From the NCBI GenBank assembly GCA_964016885.1, contig OZ024740.1, positions 138,322,001-138,386,000 of the forward strand: a stretch of DNA of 64,000 nucleotides. Direction: 5' to 3'. Below the pieces are notes generated by a model, which was not told where the DNA came from, searched no databases, and saw only the letters and a list, made by a program, of their open reading frames with translations. Origin of the DNA: Eledone cirrhosa. Taxonomy: Eukaryota. The translations under genes were made by a program, and so were the position numbers. The first letter of the stretch is position 1, and each line of letters starts with the position of its first letter. Positions 53,601 to 64,000 of this stretch are shown here, piece after piece.

Positions 53601-56600
53601 CTCAATCTCCAATTCTCTCTTTCTCTTATCACTTTTCTCTCAATCTCCAATTCTCTCTTTCTCTTATCACTTTTCTCTCGATCTCATATTCTCTCTTTCT
53701 CTTATTACTTTTCTGTCAATCTCCAATTCTCTCTTTCTCATATCACTTTTCTCTCAATCTCCAATTTTCTCTTTCTCTTATCACATTTCTCTCAATATCC
53801 ACTTCTCTCTTTCTCTTATCACTTTTCTCTCAACCTCCCATTCTCTCTTTCTCTTATGACTTTTCTCTCAATCACCAATTCTCTCTGTCTCTTATCACTT
53901 TTCTCTCAATCACCAATTCTCTCTGTCTCATATCACTTTTCTCTCAATCTCCAAATCTCTCTTTCTCTTATCACTTTTCTCTCAATCTCCAATTCTCTCT
54001 TTCTCCTATCACTTTTCCTCAATCTCCAATTCTCTCTTTCTCTTATCACTTTTCTCTCAATCTCCAATTCTCTCTTTCTCTTATCACTTTTCCCTCAATC
54101 TCCAATTCTCTCTTTCTCTTATCACTTTTCTCTCAATCTCCAATTCTCTCTTTCTCGTATGACTTTTCTCTCAATCACCAATTCTCTCTGTCTCTTATCA
54201 CTTTTCTCTCAATCTCCAATTCTCTCTTTCTCTTATCACTTTTCTCTCAATCTCCTATTCTCTCTTACTCTTATCACTTTTCTCTCAATCTCCTATTCTC
54301 TCTTACTCTTATCACTTTTCTCTCAATCTCCAAATCTCTCTTTCTCTCATCACTTTTCTCTCAATCTCCAATTCTCTCTTTCTCTTATCACTTTTCTCTC
54401 AATCTCCAATTCTCTCTTTCTCTAATCACTTTTCTCTCAATCTCCAATTCTCTCTTTCTCTTATCACTTTTCTCTCAATCTCCAATTCTCTCTTTCTCTT
54501 ATCACTTTTCTCTCAATCTCCGATTCTCTCTTTCTCTTATCACTTTTCTCTCAATCTCCAATTCTCTCTTTCTCTGATCACTTTTCTCTCAATCTCCAAT
54601 TCTCTCTTTCTCTTATCACTTTTCTCTCAATCTCCAATTCTCTCTTTCTCTTATCACTTTTCTCTCAATCTCCAATTCTCTCTTTCTCTTATCACTTTTC
54701 TCTCAATCTCCAATTCTCTCTTTCTCTTATCACTTTTCTCTCAATCTCCAATTCTCTCTTTCTCTTATCACTTTTCTCTCAATCTCCAAATCTCTCTTTC
54801 TCTTATCACTTTTCTCTCAATCTCCAATTCTCTCTTTCTCTTATCACTTTTCCCTCAATCTCCAATTCTCTCTTTCTCTTATCACTTTTCTCTCAATCTC
54901 CAATTCTCTCTTTCTCTAATCACTTTTCTCTCAACCTCCCATTCTCTCTTTCTCTCATGACGTTTCTCTCAATCACCAATTCTCTCTTTCTCTTATCACT
55001 TTTCTCTCAATCTCCAATTCTCTCTTTCTCTTATCACTTTTCCCTCAATCTCCAATTCTCTCTTTCTTTCATCACTTTTCTCTCAATCTCCAATTCTCTC
55101 TTTCTCTTATCACTTTTCTCTCAATCTCCAATTCTCTCTTTCTCTAATCACTTTTCTCTCAATCTCCAATTCTCTCTTTCTCTTATCACTTTTCTCTCAA
55201 TCTCCAATTCTCTCTTTCTCTTATCACTTTTCTCTCAATCTCCAATTCTCTCTTTCTCTTATCACTTTTCTCTCAATCTCCAATTCTCTCTTTCGCTGAT
55301 CACTTTTCTCTCAATCTCCAATTCTCTCTTTCTCTTATCACTTTTCTCTCAATCTCCAATTCTCTCTTTCTCTTATCACTTTTCTCTCAATCTCCAATTC
55401 TCTCTTTCTCTTATCACTTTTCTCTCAATCTCCAATTCTCTCTTTCTCTTATCACTTTTCTCTCAATCTCCAATTCTCTCTTTCTCTTATCACTTTTCTC
55501 TCAATCTCCAATTCTCTCTTTCTCTTATCACTTTTCTCTCAATCTCCAATTCTCTCTTTCTCTGATCACTTTTCTCTCAATCTCCAATTCTCTCTTTCTC
55601 TTATCACTTTTCTCTCAATCTCCAATTCTCTCTTTCTCTTATCACTTTTCTCTCAATCTCCAATTCTCTCTTTCTCTTATCACTTTTCTCTCAATCTCCA
55701 ATTCTCTCTTTCTCTTATCACTTTTCTCTCAATCTCCAATTCTCTCTTTCTCTGATCACTTTTCTCTCAATCTCCAATTCTCTCTTTCTCTTATCACTTT
55801 TCTCTCAATCTCCAATTCTCTCTTTCTCTTATCACTTTTCGCTCAATCTCCAATTCTCTCTTTCTCTTATCACTTTTCTCTCAATCTCCAATTCTCTCTT
55901 TCTCTTATCACTTTTCTCTCAATCTCCAATTCTCTCTTTCTCTCATCACTTTTCTCTCAATCTCCAATTCTCTCTTTCTCTTATCACTTTTCTCTCAATC
56001 TACAATTCTCTGTTTCTCTTATCACTTTTCTCTCAATCTCCAATTCTCTCTTTCTCTTATCACTTTTCTCTCAATCTCCAATTCTCTCTTTCTCTTATCA
56101 CTTTTCTCTCAATCTCCAATTCTCTCTTTCTCTTATCACTTTTCTCTCAATCTCCAATTCTCTCTTTCTCTTATCACTTTTCTCTCGATCTCATATTCTC
56201 TCTTTCTCTTATTACTTTTCTGTCAATCTCCAATTCTCTCTTTCTCATATCACTTTTCTCTCAATCTCCAATTTTCTCTTTCTCTTATCACATTTCTCTC
56301 AATATCCACTTCTCTCTTTCTCTTATCACTTTTCTCTCAACCTCCCATTCTCTCTTTCTCTTATGACTTTTCTCTCAATCACCAATTCTCTCTGTCTCTT
56401 ATCACTTTTCTCTCAATCACCAATTCTCTCTGTCTCATATCACTTTTCTGTCAATCTCCAAATCTCTCTTTCTCTTATCACTTTTCTCTCAATCTCCAAT
56501 TCTCTCTTTCTCTTATCACTTTTCCTCAATCTCCAATTCTCTCTTTCTCTTATCACTTTTCTCTCAATCTCCAATTCTCTCTTTCTCTTACCACTTTTCC

Positions 56601-59600
56601 CTCAATCTCCAATTCTCTCTTTCTCTTATCACTTTTCTCTCAATCTCCAATTCTCTCTTTCTCGTATGACTTTTCTCTCAATCACCAATTCTCTCTGTCT
56701 CTTATCACTTTTCTCTCAATCTCCAATTCTCTCTTTCTCTTATCACTTTTCTCTCAATCTCCTATTCTCTCTTACTCTTATCACTTTTCTCTCAATCTCC
56801 TATTCTCTCTTACTCTTATCACTTTTCTCTCAATCTCCAAATCTCTCTTTCTCTCATCACTTTTCTCTCAATCTCCAATTCTCTCTTTCTCTTATCACTT
56901 TTCTCTCAATCTCCAATTCTCTCTTTCTCTAATCACTTTTCTCTCAATCTCCAATTCTCTCTTTCTCTTATCACTTTTCTCTCAATCTCCAATTCTCTCT
57001 TTCTCTTATCACTTTTCTCTCAATCTCCGATTCTCTCTTTCTCTTATCACTTTTCTCTCAATCTCCAATTCTCTCTTTCTCTGATCACTTTTCTCTCAAT
57101 CTCCAATTCTCTCTTTCTCTTATCACTTTTCTCTCAATCTCCAATTCTCTCTTTCTCTTATCACTTTTCTCTCAATCTCCAATTCTCTCTTTCTCTTATC
57201 ACTTTTCTCTCAATCTCCAATTCTCTCTTTCTCTTATCACTTTTCTCTCAATCTCCAATTCTCTCTTTCTCTTATCACTTTTCTCTCAATCTCCAAATCT
57301 CTCTTTCTCTTATCACTTTTCTCTCAATCTCCAATTCTCTCTTTCTCTTATCACTTTTCTCTCAATCTCCAATTCTCTCTTTCTCTAATCACTTTTCTCT
57401 CAACCTCCCATTCTCTCTTTCTCTTATGACGTTTCTCTCAATCACCAATTCTCTCTGTCTCTTATCACTTTTCTCTCAATCACCAATTCTCTCTGTCTCA
57501 TATCACTTTTCTCTCAATCTCCAAATCTCTCTTTCTCTTATCACTTTTCTCTCAATCTCCAATTCTCTCTTTCTCTTATCACTTTTCCCTCAATCTCCAA
57601 TTCTCTCTTTCTTTCATCACTTTTCTCTCAATCTCCAATTCTCTCTTTCTCTTATCACTTTTCTCTCAATCTCCAATTCTCTCTTTCTCTAATCACTTTT
57701 CTCTCAATCTCCAATTCTCTCTTTCTCTTATCACTTTTCTCTCAATCTCCAATTCTCTCTTTCTCTTATCACTTTTCTCTCAATCTCCAATTCTCTCTTT
57801 CTCTTATCACTTTTCTCTCAATCTCCAATTCTCTCTTTCGCTGATCACTTTTCTCTCAATCTCCAATTCTCTCTTTCTCTTATCACTTTTCTCTCAATCT
57901 CCAATTCTCTCTTTCTCTTATCACTTTTCTCTCAATCTCCAATTCTCTCTTTCTCTTATCACTTTTCTCTCAATCTCCAATTCTCTCTTTCTCTTATCAC
58001 TTTTCTCTCAATCTCCAATTCTCTCTTTCTCTTATCACTTTTCTCTCAATCTCCAATTCTCTCTTTCTCTTATCACTTTTCTCTCAATCTCCAATTCTCT
58101 CTTTCTCTTATCACTTTTCTCTCAATCTCCAATTCTCTCTGTTTCTTATCACTTTTCTCTCAATCTCCAATTCTCTCTTTCTCTTATCACTTTTCTCTCA
58201 ATCTCCAATTCTCTGTTTCTCTTATCACTTTTCTCTCAATCTCCAATTCTCTCTTTCTCTTATCACTTTTCTCTCAATCTCCAATTCTCTCTTTCTCTTA
58301 TCACTTTTTTCTCAATCTCCAATTCTCTCTTTCTCTTATCACTTTTCTCTCAATCTCCAATTCTCTCTTTCTCTTATCACTTTTCTCTCAATCTCCAATT
58401 CTCTCTTTCTCTTATCACTTTTCTCTCAATCTCCAATTCTCCCTTTCTCTTATCACTTTTCGCTCACTCTCCAATTCTCTCTTTTTCTTATCACTTTTCT
58501 CTCAATCTCTAATTCTCTCTGTTGTTTCTTATCAATTTTCTCTCAATCTCATATTCTCTCTTTCTCTTATTACTTTTCTCTCAATCTCCAATTCTCTCTT
58601 TCTCATATCACTTTTCTCTCAATCTCCAATTTTCTCTTTCTCTTATCACATTTCTCTCAATCTCCACTTCTCTCTTTCTCTTATCACTTTTCTCTCAACC
58701 TCCCATTCTCTCTTTCTCTTATGACGTTTCTCTCAATCTCCAATTCTCTCTTTCTCTTATCACTTTTCTCTCAATCTCCAATTCTCTCTTTCTCTTATCA
58801 CTTTTCTCTCAATCTCCAATTCTCTCTTTCTCTTATCACTTTTCTCTCAATCTCCAATTCTCTCTTTCTCTTATCACTTTTCTCTCAATCTCCAATTCTC
58901 TCTGTTTCTTATCACTTTTCTCTCAATCTCCAATTCTCTCTTTCTCTTATCACTTTTCTCTCAATCTCCAATTCTCTCTTTCTCTTATCACTTTTCTCTC
59001 AATCTCCAATTCTCTCTTTCTCTAATCACTTTTCTCTCAATCTCCAATTCTCTCTGTTTCTTATCACTTTTCTCTCAATCTCCAATTCTCTCTTTCTCTT
59101 ATCACTTTTCTCTCAATCACCAATTCTCTCTGTCTCATATCACTTTTCTCTCAATCTCCAAATCTCTCTTTCTCTTATCACTTTTCTCTCAATCTCCAAT
59201 TCTCTCTTTCTCTTATCACTTTTCCCTCAATCTCCAATTCTCTTTTTCTCTTATCACTTTTCTCTCAATCTCCAATTCTCTCTTTCTCTTATGACTTTTC
59301 TCTCAATCACCAATTCTCTCTGTCTCTTATCACTTTTGTCTCAATCTCCAATTCTCTCTTTCTCTTATCACTTTTCTCTCAATCTCCAATTCTCTCTTAC
59401 TCTTATCACTTTTTTCTCAATCTCCAAATCTCTCTTTCTCTCATCACTTTTCTCTCAATCTCCAATTCTCTCTTTCTCTTATCACTTTTCTCTCAATCTC
59501 CAATTCTCTCTTTCTCTAATCACTTTTCTCTCAATCTCCAATTCTCTCTTTCTCTTATCACTTTTCTCTCAATCTCCAATTCTCTCTTTCTCTTATCACT

Positions 59601-62600
59601 TTTCTCTCAATCTCCAATTCTCTCTTTCTCTTATCACTTTTCTCTCAATCTCCAATTCTCTCTTTCTCTTATCACTTTTCGCTCAATCTCCAATTCTCTC
59701 TTTCTCTTATCACTTTTCTCTCAATCTCCAATTCTCTCTTTCTCTTATCACTTTTCTCTCAATCTCCAATTCTCTCTTTCTCTCATCACTTTTCTCTCAA
59801 TCTCCAATTCTCTCTTTCTCTTATCACTTTTCTCTCAATCTACAATTCTCTGTTTCTCTTATCACTTTTCTCTCAATCTCCAATTCTCTCTTTCTCTTAT
59901 CACTTTTCTCTCAATCTCCAATTCTCTCTTTCTCTTATCACTTTTCTCTCAATCTCCAATTCTCTCTTTCTCTTATCACTTTTCTCTCAATCTCCAATTC
60001 TCTCTTTCTCTTATCACTTTTCTCTCAATCTCCAATTCTCTCTTTCTCTTATCACTTTTTTCTCAATCTCCAATTCTCTCTTTCTCTTATCACTTTTCTC
60101 TCAATCTCCAATTCTCTCTTTCTCTTATCACTTTTCTCTCAATCTCATATTCTCTCTTTCTCTTATTACTTTTCTCTCAATCTCCAATTCTCTCTTTCTC
60201 ATATCACTTTTCTCTCAATCTCCAATTTTCTCTTTCTCTTATCACATTTCTCTCAATATCCACTTCTCTCTTTCTCTTATCACTTTTCTCTCAACCTCCC
60301 ATTCTCTCTTTCTCTGATGACTTTTCTCTCAATCACCAATTCTCTCTGTCTGTTATCACTTTTCTCTCAATCACCAATTCTCTCTGTCTCATATCACTTT
60401 TCTCTCAATCTCCAAATCTCTCTTTCTCTTATCACTTTTCTCTCAATCTCCAATTCTCTCTTTCTCTTATCACTTTTCCTCAATCTCCAATTCTCTCTTT
60501 CTCTTATCACTTTTCTCTCAATCTCCAATTCTCTCTTTCTCTTATCACTTTTCCCTCAATCTCCAATTCTCTCTTTCTCTTATCACTTTTCTCTCAATCT
60601 CCAATTCTCTCTTTCTCTTATGACTTTTCTCTCAATCACCAATTCTCTCTGTCTCTTATCACTTTTCTCTCAATCTCCAATTCTCTCTTTCTCTTATCAC
60701 TTTTCTCTCAATCTCCTATTCTCTCTTACTCTTATCACTTTTCTCTCAATCTCCTATTCTCTCTTACTCTTATCACTTTTCTCTCAATCTCCAAATCTCT
60801 CTTTCTCTCATCACTTTTCTCTCAATCTCCAATTCTCTCTTTCTCTTATCACTTTTCTCTCAATCTCCAATTCTTTCTTTCTCTAATCACTTTTCTCTCA
60901 ATCTCCAATTCTCTCTTTCTCTTATCACTTTTCTCTCAATCTCCAATTCTCTCTTTCTCTTATCACTTTTCTCTCAATCTCCGATTCTCTCTTTCTCTTA
61001 TCACTTTTCTCTCAATCTCCAATTCTCTCTTTCTCTGATCACTTTTCTCTCAATCTCCAATTCTCTCTTTCTCTTATCACTTTTCTCTCAATCTCCAATT
61101 CTCTCTTTCTCTTATCACTTTTCTCTCAATCTCCAATTCTCTCTTTCTCTTATCACTTTTCTCTCAATCTCCAATTCTCTCTTTCTCTTATCACTTTTCT
61201 CTCAATCTCCAATTCTCTCTTTCTCTTATCACTTTTCTCTCAATCTCCAAATCTCTCTTTCTCTTATCACTTTTCTCTCAATCTCCAATTCTCTCTTTCT
61301 CTTATCACTTTTCCCTCAATCTCCAATTCTCTCTTTCTCTTATCACTTTTCTCTCAATCTCCAATTCTCTCTTTCTCTAATCACTTTTCTCTCAACCTCC
61401 CATTCTCTCTTTCTCTTATGACGTTTCTCTCAATCACCAATTCTCTCTGTCTCTTATCACTTTTCTCTCAATCACCAATTCTCTCTGTCTCATATCACTT
61501 TTCTCTCAATCTCCAAATCTCTCTTTCTCTTATCACTTTTCTCTCAATCTCCAATTCTCTCTTTCTCTTATCACTTTTCCCTCAATCTCCAATTCTCTCT
61601 TTCTTTCATCACTTTTCTCTCAATCTCCAATTCTCTCTTTCTCTTATCACTTTTCTCTCAATCTCCAATTCTCTCTTTCTCTAATCACTTTTCTCTCAAT
61701 CTCCAATTCTCTCTTTCTCTTATCACTTTTCTCTCAATCTCCAATTCTCTCTTTCTCTTATCACTTTTCTCTCAATCTCCAATTCTCTCTTTCTCTTATC
61801 ACTTTTCTCTCAATCTCCAATTCTCTCTTTCGCTGATCACTTTTCTCTCAATCTCCAATTCTCTCTTTCTCTTATCACTTTTCTCTCAATCTCCAATTCT
61901 CTCTTTCTCTTATCACTTTTCTCTCAATCTCCAATTCTCTCTTTCTCTTATCACTTTTCTCTCAATCTCCAATTCTCTCTTTCTCTTATCACTTTTCTCT
62001 CAATCTCCAATTCTCTCTTTCTCTTATCACTTTTCTCTCAATCTCCAATTCTCTCTTTCTCTTATCACGTTTCTCTCAATCTCCAATTCTCTCTTTCTCT
62101 TATCACTTTTCTCTCAATCTCCAATTCTCTCTGTTTCTTATCACTTTTCTCTCAATCTCCAATTCTCTCTTTCTCTTATCACTTTTCTCTCAATCTCCAA
62201 TTCTCTCTTTCTCTTATCACTTTTCTCTCAATCTCCAATTCTCTCTTTCTCTTATCACTTTTCTCTCAATCTCCAATTCTCTCTTTCTCTTATCACTTTT
62301 TTCTCAATCTCCAATTCTCTCTTTCTCTTATCACTTTTCTCTCAATCTCCAATTCTCTCTTTCTCTTATCACTTTTCTCTCAATCTCCAATTCTCTCTTT
62401 CTCTTATCACTTTTCTATCAATCTCCAATTCTCCCTTTCTCTTATCACTTTTCTCTCACTCTCCAATTCTCTCTTTTTCTTATCACTTTTCTGTCAATCT
62501 CTAATTCTCTCTGTTGTTTCTTATCAATTTTCTCTCAATCTCATATTCTCTCTTTCTCTTATTACTTTTCTCTCAATCTCCAATTCTCTCTTTCTCATAT

Positions 62601-64000
62601 CACTTTTCTCTCAATCTCCAATTTTCTCTTTCTCTTATCACATTTCTCTCAATCTCCACTTCTCTCTTTCTCTTATCACTTTTCTCTCAACCTACCATTC
62701 TCTCTTTCTCTTATGACGTTTCTCTCAATCACTAATTCTCTCTGTCTCTTATCACTTTTCTCTCAATCACCAATTCTCTCTGTCTCATATCACTTTTCTC
62801 TCAATCTCCAAATCTCTCTTTCTCTTATCACTTTTCTCTCAATCTCCAATTCTCTCTTTCTCTTATCACTTTTCCCTCAATCTCCAATTCTCTTTTTCTC
62901 TTATCACTTTTCTCTCAATCTCCAATTCTCTCTTTCTCTTATGACTTTTCTCTCAATCACCAATTCTCTCTGTCTCTTATCACTTTTCTCTCAATCTCCA
63001 ATTCTCTCTTTCTCTTATCACTTTTCTCTCAATCTCCAATTCTCTCTTACTCTTATCACTTTTTTCTCAATCTCCAAATCTCTCTTTCTCTCATCACTTT
63101 TCTCTCAATCTCCAATTCTCTCTTTCTCTTATCACTTTTCTCTCAATCTCCAATTCTCTCTTTCTCTAATCACTTTTCTCTCAATCTCCAATTCTCTCTT
63201 TCTCTTATCACTTTTCTCTCAATCTCCAATTCTCTCTTTCTCTTATCACTTTTCTCTCAATCTCCGATTCTCTCTTTCTCTTATCACTTTTCTCTCAATC
63301 TCCAATTCTCTCTTTCTCTGATCACTTTTCTCTCAATCTCCAATTCTCTCTTTCTCTTACCACTTTTCTCTCAATCTCCAATTCTCTCTTTCTCTTTTCA
63401 CTTTTCTCTCAATCTCCAATTCTCTCTTTCTCTTATCACTTTTCTCTCAATCTCCAAATCTCTCTTTCTCTTATCACTTTTCTCTCAATCTCCAATTCTC
63501 TCTTTCTCTTATCACTTTTCCCTCAATCTCCAATTCTCTCTTTCTCTTATCACTTTTCTCTCAATCTCCAATTCTCTCTTTCTCTAATCACTTTTCTCTC
63601 AACCTCCCATTCTCTCTTTCTCTTATGACGTTTCTCTCAATCACCAATTGTCTCTGTCTCTTATCACTTTTCTATCAATCACCAATTCTCTCTGTCTCAT
63701 ATCACTTTTCTCTCAATCTCCAAATCTCTCTTTCTCTTATCACTTTTCTCTCAATCTCCAATTCTCTCTTTCTCTTATCACTTTTCCCTCAATCTCCAAT
63801 TCTCTCTTTCTTTCATCACTTTTCTCTCAATCTCCAATTCTCTCTTTCACTTATCACTTTTCTCTCAATCTCCAATTCTCTCTTTCTCTAATCACTTTTC
63901 TCTCAATCTCCAATTCTCTCTTTCTCTTATCACTTTTCTCTCAATCTCCAATTCTCTCTTTCTCTTATCACTTTTCTCTCAATCTCCAATTCTCTCTTTC
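53600..64000. repeat. Terminal higher-order domain with 2,507-bp and ~3,990-bp block duplications
   Basis: 53856/56363 differ by 2507 and share the rare CTCGATCTCATAT, CTGTCAAT and CTCGTATGAC variants. 57426/61418 and 58522/62514 differ by 3992. 61418/63625 differ by 2207. Confidence 0.82.

Larger units (their letters stand above)
1..64000. repeat. 38-bp tandem satellite array (~1,680 monomers), extending beyond both window edges
   Basis: The unit TCTCTCTTTCTCTTATCACTTTTCTCTCAATCTCCAAT recurs head-to-tail from the first line to the last. Most monomers match the consensus and the rest carry 1-3 substitutions. The ORF translations all repeat one 38-aa unit (3 monomers = 114 nt). Reverse complement: ATTGGAGATTGAGAGAAAAGTGATAAGAGAAAGAGAGA. 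Confidence 0.99.

Noticed and set aside
129-63891. About 50 + strand ORFs up to 1002 aa (e.g. 27219-30227, 23345-25639) encoding S/L/F-rich repeats
   Set aside because: The G-free consensus cannot contain TAG or TGA and has no TAA, so all three frames stay open by default. Starts and stops come from sporadic variant monomers. Overlapping frames give the same 38-aa repeat because 38 is not a multiple of 3. Frameshifting 1-bp deletions are freely propagated. There is no sign of coding constraint.
1-64000. CRISPR array (38 bp is within the CRISPR repeat size range)
   Set aside because: The repeats are directly adjacent with no unique spacers, and there is no leader, no palindromic repeat structure and no cas gene.
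1-64000. Minus-strand coding sequence for an E/R/K-rich protein
   Set aside because: Each monomer has TGA and TGATAA on the - strand. With a 38-bp period every frame is closed within 114 bp, and the ORF track lists no - strand ORF.
1-64000. Canonical telomerase repeat or simple (CT)n microsatellite
   Set aside because: There is no TTAGGG/TTAGG/TTTAGGG-type unit and no G-runs of three or more in the consensus. The period is a complex 38-mer, longer than the telomerase-templated repeats I know of.
1-64000. Purely synthetic or collapsed-assembly artefact
   Set aside because: The hierarchically shared variants, private substitutions and domain-specific markers are what naturally evolving satellite arrays show. 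Individual block duplications still need read-level validation.
1-64000. Embedded transposon, inversion, tRNA/rRNA or unique island
   Set aside because: Reading through the window I found no interruption, no G-rich (inverted) segment and no non-repeat sequence.

Overview
The whole 64-kb window is one uninterrupted head-to-tail tandem satellite array. It has a 38-bp monomer (consensus TCTCTCTTTCTCTTATCACTTTTCTCTCAATCTCCAAT; 19 T, 13 C, 6 A, 0 G) and about 1,680 copies (64000/38), all in one orientation. I saw no unique flank, transposon insertion, RNA gene or credible protein-coding gene. Every listed ORF is a by-product of the stop-free, G-free + strand. The real information is in rare variant monomers, which act as landmarks. 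They show a nested higher-order structure (38 bp, then ~1.3 kb 34/35-mers, a 2,622-bp 69-mer and a 7,675-bp 202-mer), several other kb-scale block duplications, a recurrent ordered cassette of diverged monomers, and a switch of variant sets across roughly 28-37 kb. This looks like eukaryotic satellite DNA (heterochromatic, centromeric or subtelomeric), but neither the organism nor any function can be determined from the sequence. Block boundaries were read by eye and are approximate.
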